From an uncultured virus (IMG/VR IMGVR_UViG_2554235223_000001) (Duplodnaviria; Heunggongvirae; Uroviricota; Caudoviricetes): a DNA stretch of 64,000 bases. Below are positions 10,807 to 20,970 of the stretch, piece after piece. Made by a program: the position numbers and the translations under genes. Position 1 is the first letter of the stretch, and the number at the start of each line of letters is the position of its first letter. Where the stretch lies: IMG/VR virus record IMGVR_UViG_2554235223_000001. One strand, given 5' to 3'. The notes under the pieces were generated by a model. The model saw nothing but the letters and a program-made list of their open reading frames with translations, had not been told where the DNA came from and made no database searches.

Positions 10807-12135
10807 CTGAGAGATCCCCTCATAATTTCCCCAAAGCGTAACCATGTGTGAATAAATTTTGAGCTAGTAGGGTTGCAGCCACGAGTAAGTCTTCCCTTGT
10901 TATTGTGTAGCCAGAATGCCGCAAAACTTCCATGCCTAAGCGAACTGTTGAGAGTACGTTTCGATTTCTGACTGTGTTAGCCTGGAAGTGCTTGTCCCAA
11001 CCTTGTTTCTGAGCATGAACGCCCGCAAGCCAACATGTTAGTTGAAGCATCAGGGCGATTAGCAGCATGATATCAAAACGCTCTGAGCTGCTCGTTCGGC
11101 TATGGCGTAGGCCTAGTCCGTAGGCAGGACTTTTCAAGTCTCGGAAGGTTTCTTCAATCTGCATTCGCTTCGAATAGATATTAACAAGTTGTTTGGGTGT
11201 TCGAATTTCAACAGGTAAGTTAGTTGCTAGAACCCATGGCTCCTTTGCCGACGCTGAGTAGATTTTAGGTGACGGGTGGTGACAATGAGTCCGTGTCGAG
11301 CGCTGATTTTTTCGGCCTTTAGAGCGAGATTTATACAATAGAATTTGGCATGAGATTGGATTGCTTTTAGTCAGCCTCTTATAGCCTAAAGTCTTTGAGT
11401 GACTAGATGACATATCATGTAAGTTGCTGATAGGTTTCCAGTTTTCCGCTCCTAGGTCTGCATATTGTACTTTTCCTCTTACTCGACTTAACCAGTACCA
11501 ACCCAGCTTCTCAACGGATTTATACCATGGCACTTTAAAGCCAGCATCACTGACAATGAGCGGTGTGGTGTTACTCGGTAGAATGCTCGCAAGGTCGGCT
11601 AGAAATTGGTCATGAGCTTTCTTTGAACATTGCTCTGAAAGCGGGAACGCTTTCTCATAAAGAGTAACAGAACGACCGTGTAGTGCGACTGAAGCTCGCA
11701 ATACCATAAGTCGTTTTTGCTCACGAATATCAGACCAGTCAACAAGTACAATGGGCATCGTATTGCCCGAACAGATAAAGCTAGCATGCCAACGGTATAC
11801 AGCGAGTCGCTCTTTGTGGAGGTGACGATTACCTAACAATCGGTCGATTCGTTTGATGTTATGTTTTGTTCTCGCTTTGGTTGGCAGGTTACGGCCAAGT
11901 TCGGTAAGAGTGAGAGTTTTACAGTCAAGTAATGCGTGGCAAGCCAACGTTAAGCTGTTGAGTCGTTTTAAGTGTAATTCGGGGCAGAATTGGTAAAGAG
12001 AGTCGTGTAAAATATCGAGTTCGCACATCTTGTTGTCTGATTATTGATTTTTCGCGAAACCATTTGATCATATGACAAGATGTGTATCTACCTTAACTTA
12101 ATGATTTTTACCAAAATCATTAGGGGATTCATCAG
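10807..12135 (-). mobile_element. IS10 (IS4 family), 1329 bp, 9-bp TSD GACTCAGCT
   Basis: Ends CTGAGAGATCCCC / GGGGATTCATCAG; TSD at 10798-10806 and 12136-12144. Confidence 0.97.
10820..12028 (-). CDS. IS10 transposase
   Basis: 402 aa starting MCELDILHDSLY; YSKRMQIEETFRDLK (YREK) motif. Confidence 0.97.
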   Translation of the reverse strand: MCELDILHDSLYQFCPELHLKRLNSLTLACHALLDCKTLTLTELGRNLPTKARTKHNIKRIDRLLGNRHLHKERLAVYRWHASFICSGNTMPIVLVDWSDIREQKRLMVLRASVALHGRSVTLYEKAFPLSEQCSKKAHDQFLADLASILPSNTTPLIVSDAGFKVPWYKSVEKLGWYWLSRVRGKVQYADLGAENWKPISNLHDMSSSHSKTLGYKRLTKSNPISCQILLYKSRSKGRKNQRSTRTHCHHPSPKIYSASAKEPWVLATNLPVEIRTPKQLVNIYSKRMQIEETFRDLKSPAYGLGLRHSRTSSSERFDIMLLIALMLQLTCWLAGVHAQKQGWDKHFQANTVRNRNVLSTVRLGMEVLRHSGYTITREDLLVAATLLAQNLFTHGYALGKL

Positions 12136-13251
12136 GACTCAGCTGGAATAGGCGGTATGGATTCGAATGCCGGGCCATATGATATTAATACCCCGTGGGG
12201 ATACCTTGCATATCGTGAACTGCAAAAGCCCTCACCTAATATTGCGGCAGTATGGGCCAGGTTTAAACGGTGCTGGGATGATAACTGGCGAAGCACAAAT
12301 ATCGGAACCCGCTATCTTGAGGGGGTTATTAATGTTGCTGATTTGGTCACTCCGGTACTCAAACCATGTGTTTCTGTATATCGTGCGGCTGAGTTTTTGG
12401 GTGACACCGCAACAATGGCGGCAATGCAGCCTTATATTAAGTCCTGGGCTGACGCAATGGTTACAGCAGTCGCAGCAAAAGGAGGTGTGCCGAACACCTA
12501 TACGCCATCTTCAGTCAGTGCCGCCGTGAATATTAATATCTACGGCATGCTGCTTGTCGCGCTGGCAATACACGCCGGGATGGATACTGGCGGAGCTTAC
12601 CAGTCATGTTATAACACGGTGATGACGAATCTGACCAATAGCAGCACCATTGGTCGATATCTGCCAAGCATGCTGGATTCGATGCCAGTCAACACCTCCC
12701 TGGCAAGGAGCCGGTGGTACAACTACGATATGGACCTGGCGCCTGAATACCTCATGATGACGGAGTTACTCGGCGGAACGCCCCTGTTTAACAACGTCAA
12801 CTATGGACTTCAGGGGCTGTGCGGTGATGGCAGGCTGAGGGGGATTGATTTCATTATCTCTGAAAGCCGAAGGGGGATCATTTCGACTCCGGTTAGCGTT
12901 GCATTGACGATGATGCTGGTCCGACGGGTATCAACCGGAAATGCTCTGCTGGCTTGTGTTCAGGCCTACGAAAAAGATTATCTTACCAATCCGTATTCGT
13001 CCGGACGTTTCTATGGTTTCTCCCCACGCCTGGCGTCTGGCATACCAACGACTATCTCAAGTCATAACAAAGTGATGATTGAGATGTTGTCATCTTATTT
13101 TGTACACCAGATTGCAAAAGGTAAGGCGTCAGGAACGTAACTCTACTCGCCCCGAAGCCTGAAGCTAAAGGGCGCAAAAGATACTCATACACCCATGCAG
13201 ATTTAATGCCATTCATCGGCTTCCCCCGGGTGGCTCCGGGGATGATTTTAA

Positions 13252-14550
13252 TTACACCAGAGTCGACAGCAGCATATCAAAACTCGTAAATTGCTGAGCC
13301 GGGGAATAATCTTCCGGCACAAAATAGCGATACACCTTAGCCTCAAATGGTGCTGAGACGTAAAGCACATCACCGCCGTTTCCTGGTGCAGATCCCAGGC
13401 GCAGAAGTGTGGGGGCGCTGTTGCCAAGTACCGAGTAGACCCATCCAGAACGTGCATTTTCCGCCAGGACAATGACAGCGACAGTATTCCCGGAAGACGT
13501 GTATTCCACCGAAAAATACACCCTCCGTTTGCCCCCCTGAACGGTTGCCGCCAGTGCTGCAGAAGTGTTCCCCCTCTCCGGCGGGACATATGCGATCTGC
13601 TGCTCGCTCCATGCAGACCCCGCCCATGTTGCAACGTAGACCCCAAACTTACTGAACCAGGTCCCGGAAGGATCATCCACGGTTCTGAAACGGTAAGTGA
13701 TATGCGACAACCCCTCGCCATCAAACGCAAATTTCGCAGACTGAATCCCCATTTTCAGCCCGTCACTTATCGCCGGGTTTTCACCCGGCTGCAATGGCTT
13801 ATACGCCAGCTGTCCCTGCGTTACCGGCATTGGCAGGGGCGTGTTATTTATCGTTCTCATCAGTCCATCGGTACCAATGACGCCATATTCCCCGACATGG
13901 CGGACGGCAGACGACGGGTAGGCCGACCACTGAAACAGAAGATGGACGCCATCCTCGTTAATGGCTATATCATCCGGGTAAATAGCGCGGTTGGCTGTTT
14001 CAGCCACATGCGCATAACGGGTCCATCGCAGCGTGCCGACGTCAAAGCGATAAAGGATACCCCCGCGTTTATTTTCCCCGGTGGTGCTCCGGCTGGCGAC
14101 CCGCATCAGGCAATACACATCACCATTGGGACCTCTGCCGGTGATCGGGTACGTCCAGACCCAGTCCACATCCGGAAAGTCCAGGGTCGCATCCACCATT
14201 TGCGACACGTCGCCAGGGCGCACGCTGCGAAAGTACCGCAGCAGGTTAACGTGCATCGACGTAAACACGTGGATATATCCCGCACCGTCCACAACCACAG
14301 ATGGCTGATTATGGCCCACGTCATTGTTAAATTCCGCGACCGTCCCGTCGACGTTCTTACACATTCCCCGCGTGAGAGTACCATCGGCATCACGGCGAAC
14401 GATTTCGACCTGATGATAACCGGCGGTACCGTACTCTTTACACAGCCCGTAACATTCCACTCCCTGAAAGCTGTCAAGGGGGTGCCACCACCCCGCCTGA
14501 TTGCTCTCAGATGCCTGGTCTGAAATAACCGAAATCGACAAATCAGCCAT
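13252..14550 (-). CDS. BNR-4/beta-propeller-like protein, putative depolymerase
   Basis: DVGHNQPSVVVDGAGYIHVFTSMH and WTYP motifs; overlaps the upstream gene. Confidence 0.6.
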   Translation of the reverse strand: MADLSISVISDQASESNQAGWWHPLDSFQGVECYGLCKEYGTAGYHQVEIVRRDADGTLTRGMCKNVDGTVAEFNNDVGHNQPSVVVDGAGYIHVFTSMHVNLLRYFRSVRPGDVSQMVDATLDFPDVDWVWTYPITGRGPNGDVYCLMRVASRSTTGENKRGGILYRFDVGTLRWTRYAHVAETANRAIYPDDIAINEDGVHLLFQWSAYPSSAVRHVGEYGVIGTDGLMRTINNTPLPMPVTQGQLAYKPLQPGENPAISDGLKMGIQSAKFAFDGEGLSHITYRFRTVDDPSGTWFSKFGVYVATWAGSAWSEQQIAYVPPERGNTSAALAATVQGGKRRVYFSVEYTSSGNTVAVIVLAENARSGWVYSVLGNSAPTLLRLGSAPGNGGDVLYVSAPFEAKVYRYFVPEDYSPAQQFTSFDMLLSTLV

Positions 14551-15217
14551 TCACCGTTACTCCCAGATAACGCGCCCTTTTAATAAGGCGTTCTGCCACC
14601 CGCTCCATTTCACTGTCACTGAGCTTGCGGTCATAGAAAGCCGAACCATAGCCTGCCCACGCTGCTGCCAGGCCTGCCTGATTGGTCCCTCCCATCCAGG
14701 TGGCTGTCGTCCCGCTGTTCACCGCCGTGGAGGTGGATTTCTGAATGCCTGAAGCCGTCACAATACCAAACGCATGCCCGGTGCTGTCACCACACAGGAA
14801 TACGGCGAACGCGCCCATTGCAGGCGCAGTGATATCCGAAACGCTGGTACCGGCATCCATGACGCGCCGGAGCTTTTTGCTGGCATTTGTGCTGATACGA
14901 ATATTGCGGTGACGCAGTATCCCTGCATCCGGGCCCACGTCGACCAGCACGATGAAGGTGTAAGCATCCGGCGTAAAGGTACCCAGAGTCAGACGGCTTT
15001 CCGTACCCGCTGCCGCTGCAACACCTTTTGCTACCAGCTGAGCAATACCGGACAGCGCAAAGGTACCTCCGAGGCTACCGAAGTTTTTAAGGCGCCGACC
15101 TGCCGGCAGCAGATCGCTTTCCAGATTGGCCCAGGCTAGCGGGCCAGTGACCGGCGGAAGATAATTATTTGCGTACGCTGATGCATCAGTGCCAGCGGCC
15201 ATAATTGCTGTGCCCAT
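14543..15217 (-). CDS. Tail-spike-associated protein, possibly LamG/ConA-like
   Basis: C-terminal FYDRKLSDSEMERV resembles the end of 15230-16777 (YFDHSLSAQQV). Confidence 0.55.
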   Translation of the reverse strand: MGTAIMAAGTDASAYANNYLPPVTGPLAWANLESDLLPAGRRLKNFGSLGGTFALSGIAQLVAKGVAAAAGTESRLTLGTFTPDAYTFIVLVDVGPDAGILRHRNIRISTNASKKLRRVMDAGTSVSDITAPAMGAFAVFLCGDSTGHAFGIVTASGIQKSTSTAVNSGTTATWMGGTNQAGLAAAWAGYGSAFYDRKLSDSEMERVAERLIKRARYLGVTVNG

Positions 15218-15229
15218 ACGGAGACTCCT

Positions 15230-16777
15230 TTACTGTAAGTTAAGTGCGCGCTCAGCCATACGCTGGCGGGAATTGTGATAAACGGCCTGGACCTGTTGCG
15301 CAGAAAGCGAATGGTCGAAGTAGATGAATTCAGCGATGTCGAGATTTTTGGTTTTGAACATGGCGTTATCACACCACCCGTTGCCAATGGCGATGTTGCG
15401 GCCGGAAAGAATCAGGCGATCTGCATCGGCCTCGCGCAGCATCTGATATTCTTCGCCACCCACGCTGATTGCCTGGTAACGCAGTCCGCTGCCCTCAAGT
15501 TTCACCACATGTGAAATGAACAGCCACTGGCCGACAGGCGGCTGTAGTGTCGGATAATGCCGGGACGTTCCCCGGTAACCGGAATTTTTCACACGCAGCC
15601 ATCGCCGATCATCCCTGTCGGAAAACATCGACAGCTGATTGCCGGTGTAGGTGTCGTCGTCATCCCGAAGTGAATACCCGTCCTGTGTGCCGTAAATCAC
15701 CACGCAGTCGGTTAACGGGGCCTGTTCAGGTACTCTGACCACCGCGCAGACAGTGTATTCCCCGGCATCGGGGATATCGGTCATCAGCGCGCCGCCCCAG
15801 GCGGAGATCGAAATGTAATTGTTATTGAATTCCGGCGCGGCCTGCGGTGTCAGCGTTTTATACCCCACACGGCTTGTATACGACGTGGACTCATAGCCAA
15901 ACAGCCAGTGCGCTGCTGCGCTGCTCTCCAGCACAGAGGGCACAGGTTCGACGCTACCGCCGTCTCCATTCTTGCTGACCACATCACCATTTAATTTCAC
16001 GCCTTCGATAACATACCCGAAGGGGTCAACGGTACAGCGTGCCCAGTCCGGCGCGTCAAATATGATGTTATCCCCGGCATACAGCCGCCCCTGCTTATCA
16101 ACCAGAATCAGCTCGTTCCCGAATTCATCAGGGAAGGAAATAAGCGACTCTGAATCTGACAACTCATTATTTCCGGCAACCAGCGCGCCTCTTTCGGAAA
16201 ACAGATTCACCGCATAACCGAAATCATCAACCAGCGTCAGTAGCGGCCCTGTCTCTGACTGGATCAGTCTGAGTTTTCTCGTTTCGAAACTATTCTCAGT
16301 GATCCGCCCGGCTTCATATCCCCATTCATCGCACAAAGAGAGCATGGTCTGGTCATCACTGCTGAATATCAGACCTGTTCGGGCCATGACCTCCGCCGTT
16401 ACTGCCTGGCTGATGGCCGCCACCAGGTCATATGAAGGCATACGGCGGCCGGTAGGCTGCAGCGTCCCGCCAACGTTCATCACCTCGATTGCGAGCGCGC
16501 TGTCGTCCGGGCTACGGTAGTACGTGGTCGAGCCCACCGGAATATTCGCGATATCCGCCTGTGCAGCCTCCAGCGTTTGATACTGCTTACTGAGCGGGAT
16601 GATGTTTTGCCGAACTTCGTCATTCTTAGCCATCATCTGGCGCCAGGTATCGAGCGGTTCGCCTGCGCGGTCGTTAACCGTTCCGGCCGGACCGTTAACC
16701 AGCTCGTCAGCGCGCTTGACGTTATCCAGGAATATTTCAGGCGTCGTCGTTCCCAAAGGCGGGTTAAGTTCGGCCAT
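15230..16777 (-). CDS. Tail fibre/RBP anchor protein in the expressed orientation
   Basis: Start MAELNPPLG with GGAG RBS; QYQTLEAAQADIANIPVGSTTYYRSPDDSALA anchor; LamG-like C-terminus. Confidence 0.8.
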   Translation of the reverse strand: MAELNPPLGTTTPEIFLDNVKRADELVNGPAGTVNDRAGEPLDTWRQMMAKNDEVRQNIIPLSKQYQTLEAAQADIANIPVGSTTYYRSPDDSALAIEVMNVGGTLQPTGRRMPSYDLVAAISQAVTAEVMARTGLIFSSDDQTMLSLCDEWGYEAGRITENSFETRKLRLIQSETGPLLTLVDDFGYAVNLFSERGALVAGNNELSDSESLISFPDEFGNELILVDKQGRLYAGDNIIFDAPDWARCTVDPFGYVIEGVKLNGDVVSKNGDGGSVEPVPSVLESSAAAHWLFGYESTSYTSRVGYKTLTPQAAPEFNNNYISISAWGGALMTDIPDAGEYTVCAVVRVPEQAPLTDCVVIYGTQDGYSLRDDDDTYTGNQLSMFSDRDDRRWLRVKNSGYRGTSRHYPTLQPPVGQWLFISHVVKLEGSGLRYQAISVGGEEYQMLREADADRLILSGRNIAIGNGWCDNAMFKTKNLDIAEFIYFDHSLSAQQVQAVYHNSRQRMAERALNLQ

Positions 16778-16797
16778 GATTTTTGCTCCAAAACGGT

Positions 16798-16824
16798 GTT
16801 CGCCCAAACGAGGGTTTGAGCGAA
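16798..16824 (-). repeat. Right inversion site GTTCGCCCAAACGAGGGTTTGAGCGAA
   Basis: Perfect 27-bp inverted repeat of 8401-8427. Confidence 0.93.
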
Positions 16825-16852
16825 AGAAAAGTTGAAAGGGGTTTTTTTGGTA

Positions 16853-19800
16853 TTAAGCAGCGTCGCCGGGGTATGTGGCGTCGTCGTACTGGTAGAACGA
16901 TTCGAGGTATTCTTTAGCGGTGACCTGACAGGTTCCGTCTGACTGCGGAGCGATCTCCTCTACAATGGCGTCGTAGACGTGGCGCGTTGAGCCGCAGAAC
17001 ACCAGGCGGATCGGCTCGATGGTTGCCGACGACAGGTCAACCTTCATCGGGTCATCAAACTCGCTCAGGTGCGGGACTGACAGCTGAAAATCGCCCACCC
17101 TGCTCGCCACCATCAGCCCGGATGCAGAGCCATCCTGATAGCGGATCAGCGCTCGGGGGTTTTCGAAAGACCAGTCCAGCGGCTCCGTAACGGTGAACGT
17201 TGTCACGCCACCAGCCGTTGTCATCGCCTCCACCAGACAGGAAATCGTGTTGTTACCCGGAATATCATCCGTGAGCACAATGCGATCTCCCGTGTTGTAG
17301 CACAGCGCGTCCAGCTCGGTAGTGGTCTGAAACGTCACCCGCTGCTGCAGGTATTTCATCAGGCGACGCATGCCGATCTGGTAGGCGTGATCCTGATTCA
17401 GTACCCCGTCAAGTTTGTAGTTCTCGATTTTCACCGGCGTGGGATTGTCCGGCGTCCGGCATTTAACGGTCTCCTCTGCCCAGGTAGTCCCGTTGATGTA
17501 CGTCACGTCGACACCATCAAAATCATCATCTGAGGGCACGGTAAATCCGCTCTGCAGCTCCTCCACCATCTCATGCGGAGTGATCACACCGGTCCATGGC
17601 TTAATCCCCTCGCGGTTGACCGTCGCCAGGCCATCACTCAGCAGAAAACGTGACTTCCCGGCATTGGCTATCTTCTGCAGCATTTCCAGCGCCGAGATAC
17701 TGTCGCCCGTGGCGAAATCGAAATTTTCGCCCCGTGGCGTCCAGTACGCGGATTCCAGCGCGTTGATGGTGTCGACATCCATTTCCAGCCCAAGAGAGTT
17801 CGCGACATGCAGCAGCGCTCCCGAAATGGTTCTGGCCGTTCCTGAGTCGTAGGCCCGCGTGGCCACAACGTTTACGCGGCGGTCCGACTGCGCCGCCAGC
17901 TTCCCGCCCGTCTCAACGGTCACCGCCATCAGCGACACGCCGGGATAGGATGAAGGGCGCGTCAGCAGTCGCCCGCGCAGTGCCTGCCAGTACATACTGT
18001 CTCGCGCGTTGTTTGAGCCCTGCTCATTGCGCCGACGGCAGCGAACCTCTACCAGCCCCGGAGAGCTGAGGGTGATCCGCTCAGTGAAACCTAACCCGTT
18101 GACGTTTTTCAGCGCATACTCGCCCTGGTGACTCACCCACCCCGATCCGGAACCGTAGACGCGATACTGTATCTCCCACTCCACGTGGCGGATCCGTTTT
18201 TTGCCCTTACTGTCAAAGCCACAGATGCCGTTCGGGAAGGAGAAATTCACCTCGAATGCATCCACCACTTCATTCTCAGGGCAAACCAGGAACGGCCCCA
18301 GCCAGCTCAGCGTGTCGTTAAGACCAGTGGCCTCATAGTCGATCATCGTCCTGGCGGTGAATCCCGGCCATGACTCATCAACGGCACCGGAAACCAGGCG
18401 CGCCACCGTCGCCGTCGTGCCGTCAGCTGACACAATCCGGTACTCATTCCCGCGGTGAGCAAGTGAAAGCCGTTGCACCCCCTCCGGCATGCCGGAAAAG
18501 GCCGTTCCCGTGGCAGAGTTATAGGCGAGTGTCACATTCGCCGTTACCGCCGGGCTGCCGCCGGTTGATGCCGTGCCGGAGGTGTAAACCGGGGCATCAC
18601 CGAAAACAGCTGCAGGCAGTGAAGAGGACGTGATCGCCCCACCCGCGAACGGACTGGCCGACTCGGTTATCAGTACAGTTCCGCCGTTGTCCTGCGCAAC
18701 CAGGCCGGAGCCAGTGAGTCCCTCGGTGATGGCCGCCAGCAGTCCCGACATCGAGACGTAGTTAGCAACCAGCGACACCGGGTAGGTAACCCCCTTCCAG
18801 GTGATCGTGAACGTGCTGGAGCTGGTCGAAAAATCGTAGGTGGTCGGGGCCGCACTGGCCTGGACTTTTGCCGCACTCCCCCCGGTGCCGGGCACTGCAG
18901 CCTGACCGGGGGTATATGACGCGATAAACAGATCGTAATCGACAGAGTTAAACCCCAGCGTCACCGGCATACCTACTACCGGCGCGATCTCCGTCAGCAG
19001 CGGGCTTGCGATAACGCTGTATCCAGCCGCCGTGGTGATCTGGTAGTTCGCCGGGGCTTTAAGTTCGACCACGGCGCCAGCGACCCAGCTGGGCGGCAGT
19101 GCGTTATCGTTCTCGTCATTATCGTCATCATCATCCGTATCCAGCCCCGTAAACGTCACGCTCGATCCGGAGACGGTCATGCTGTCTGCGATAATGTCGT
19201 CTGCGTCCGGCGACGTCTGGGCCATATCCAGCCCGGTGCCGGATGACGTCCCGCCAACTTCGGTGGAGTTGACCCAGTTTTCGCTGCGCTCATCACCGGA
19301 AACGTCCGCGCCTGGCGGGTAATGGGTGCTGCTGAATCCCGGTAGCGTTGAAGCTGGCGTACTGCCAACCCTGATATCGCCATTGGTATAAATCAGATCA
19401 CCGACACCGAGACACAGCAGCATCTGGACGCGCATTTTCGTAGGATCGGCGGCATCAAACCGGGTAACCGGCTGCACCACATAATCAGGGTAGATACGCA
19501 CCCGGCCAAATACCTCACGAATGGCATCACCGAGTTTTGCGGTATTCGCCTTTGCCGGGTTCAGGTCGAGACTCCGCCCTGTGGATGAGGTATAGCCGCC
19601 CGTATCGATGTTGCTCATCATAAAGTACGAATAGGCTGCAGCGGCAACGGAGATACCGACGCCGATCCACGCGATTGTGGCGGCCTCCAGCCCGAAGGGA
19701 ACCGGATAAAGCCTGACATCACTATCAGGGCGAATCACACACTTAGCCCACTCGCCTGGCGGAATTAATAGCCCCTCAACCTCAACGGTCAGCGGTGGGA

Positions 19801-19921
19801 CATCCCGATCCTCGTAGCCTTCAACATTTGCCACCAGCCACTTGCGAATACTGGTTACACCATGCTCATGCGTTTCGAGTGGTTCACCGGGAAGCCGGGA
19901 CGGGTAAAAACGAATGGTCAT
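16853..19921 (-). CDS. Central tail/host-specificity protein (lambda J-like position)
   Basis: 1022 aa; IREVFGRVRIYPD motif; follows the NlpC/P60 gene. Confidence 0.8.
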   Translation of the reverse strand: MTIRFYPSRLPGEPLETHEHGVTSIRKWLVANVEGYEDRDVPPLTVEVEGLLIPPGEWAKCVIRPDSDVRLYPVPFGLEAATIAWIGVGISVAAAAYSYFMMSNIDTGGYTSSTGRSLDLNPAKANTAKLGDAIREVFGRVRIYPDYVVQPVTRFDAADPTKMRVQMLLCLGVGDLIYTNGDIRVGSTPASTLPGFSSTHYPPGADVSGDERSENWVNSTEVGGTSSGTGLDMAQTSPDADDIIADSMTVSGSSVTFTGLDTDDDDDNDENDNALPPSWVAGAVVELKAPANYQITTAAGYSVIASPLLTEIAPVVGMPVTLGFNSVDYDLFIASYTPGQAAVPGTGGSAAKVQASAAPTTYDFSTSSSTFTITWKGVTYPVSLVANYVSMSGLLAAITEGLTGSGLVAQDNGGTVLITESASPFAGGAITSSSLPAAVFGDAPVYTSGTASTGGSPAVTANVTLAYNSATGTAFSGMPEGVQRLSLAHRGNEYRIVSADGTTATVARLVSGAVDESWPGFTARTMIDYEATGLNDTLSWLGPFLVCPENEVVDAFEVNFSFPNGICGFDSKGKKRIRHVEWEIQYRVYGSGSGWVSHQGEYALKNVNGLGFTERITLSSPGLVEVRCRRRNEQGSNNARDSMYWQALRGRLLTRPSSYPGVSLMAVTVETGGKLAAQSDRRVNVVATRAYDSGTARTISGALLHVANSLGLEMDVDTINALESAYWTPRGENFDFATGDSISALEMLQKIANAGKSRFLLSDGLATVNREGIKPWTGVITPHEMVEELQSGFTVPSDDDFDGVDVTYINGTTWAEETVKCRTPDNPTPVKIENYKLDGVLNQDHAYQIGMRRLMKYLQQRVTFQTTTELDALCYNTGDRIVLTDDIPGNNTISCLVEAMTTAGGVTTFTVTEPLDWSFENPRALIRYQDGSASGLMVASRVGDFQLSVPHLSEFDDPMKVDLSSATIEPIRLVFCGSTRHVYDAIVEEIAPQSDGTCQVTAKEYLESFYQYDDATYPGDAA

Positions 19922-20298
19922 TGCCAGAACTCCACTTTGACAAATCGCCGCTTAAACCGCGGCAACGGCAGAAAGGTGACGTTCGTTCCCGGATTGCATT
20001 CCGCCACATGCAGCAGACCATCGATACTGACCACGATCCCTACGTGGGTGACAGTCGACCCGGAATAACAGGCCACCCCGGCCCCTTCGCAGGGTTCGCA
20101 GCGCTCAAGGGTAAGCATCATCCGGCGCGCTTCCCGGTCGAGGCCGCCGTCGTCTTTGGTGACCCCTGCAAAATCGGGCCAGACGGGTAAATTCAGGTCG
20201 CGGCGTATCTCGTTCACAATGCCGAAGCAGTCGAGCTGCGGGTATACGCGCCCGCCCTTCAGCCAGGTGACTGAACGGTATTTATCAGGGTTAAACAT
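19918..20298 (-). CDS. Tail tip NlpC/P60-like protein (gpK-like)
   Basis: GGR..P.LDCFG and THVGIV motifs. Confidence 0.8.
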   Translation of the reverse strand: MFNPDKYRSVTWLKGGRVYPQLDCFGIVNEIRRDLNLPVWPDFAGVTKDDGGLDREARRMMLTLERCEPCEGAGVACYSGSTVTHVGIVVSIDGLLHVAECNPGTNVTFLPLPRFKRRFVKVEFWQ

Positions 20299-20307
20299 TG
20301 GGATTCC

Positions 20308-20790
20308 TTAGCTGATATAACGCAGTCCGGGGAATACAGGTAGCGTGTAGCGGTAACGTGGCCAGGCTGTATCAAGGATATTCATATAACCCGCGGTAAT
20401 CTGCGCCTCTGTCGCCGTCCAGTAACCAGACTTGATTTTCAGCGTATACGGCACTTCCGCAGGGGCCGCTAAATCCGTGGAGATATAACGCCGGTACGTC
20501 AGCAATGCAGACAGACGGTTAGCCAGCGCATAGCGGATCGCCGTGGACACAACACCATCGATATTGCACAGGGCAAATTTGAGGTCCTGCGTGCCGTCCG
20601 CATTGCGCGCCGGCAGAGCAATGTCTATCGCACAGGCGGTAAACGTTACGGTATCGCCGTTCTCCGTCGTTGCCGTAATACCCTCGTAGCCCTGGCACAG
20701 ATAATGGACGTCAGAACCAATGGTGATCTGCAGCGTCTCAATGATCACCTCCGGCCCGCTGCTGGCGTAGAGGCGGTTGAGTATTGTCAT
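20308..20790 (-). CDS. Minor tail protein (DUF1833-like)
   Basis: Position in tail module; ends YTLPVFPGL. Confidence 0.7.
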   Translation of the reverse strand: MTILNRLYASSGPEVIIETLQITIGSDVHYLCQGYEGITATTENGDTVTFTACAIDIALPARNADGTQDLKFALCNIDGVVSTAIRYALANRLSALLTYRRYISTDLAAPAEVPYTLKIKSGYWTATEAQITAGYMNILDTAWPRYRYTLPVFPGLRYIS

Positions 20791-20970
20791 GATTTTTACC
20801 CAATAAAAAAGGCCACCCGAAGATGACCTTAAAAATTGGTGTCGAATGTGGGTGTACCCTCACCGGCAGGATCGCTATTCCGCGCTTTATTTCACGCTCC
20901 GGCTACGGAGCGGCATGAAGGACTTTCCCACAAATCGACACAAGTGATTATGAAGGAGAAACGGTTTTAA

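Larger units (their letters stand above)
8449..13140 (+). pseudogene. Alternative tail spike/RBP (~1117 aa reconstructed), split by IS10
   Basis: N-terminal anchor shared with 15230-16777; removing IS plus one TSD joins 786 codons (...NGDSA) in frame to GIGGMDSNAG... ending at 13140. Confidence 0.88.

Noticed and set aside
10807..10851. C-terminus LRDPLIISPKRNHV of the 800-aa ORF, and 12157-13140 as a separate gene
   Set aside because: Read-through into IS10; both pieces belong to one interrupted gene
8449..16777. Diversity-generating retroelement acting on the tail fibres
   Set aside because: No reverse transcriptase; similarity is confined to N-terminal anchors and is not adenine-specific
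16778..16807. Upstream start MGEHRFGAKI, implying crossover inside the RBP gene
   Set aside because: The ATG at 16777 has a GGAG RBS and aligns with the start of the alternative gene at 8449
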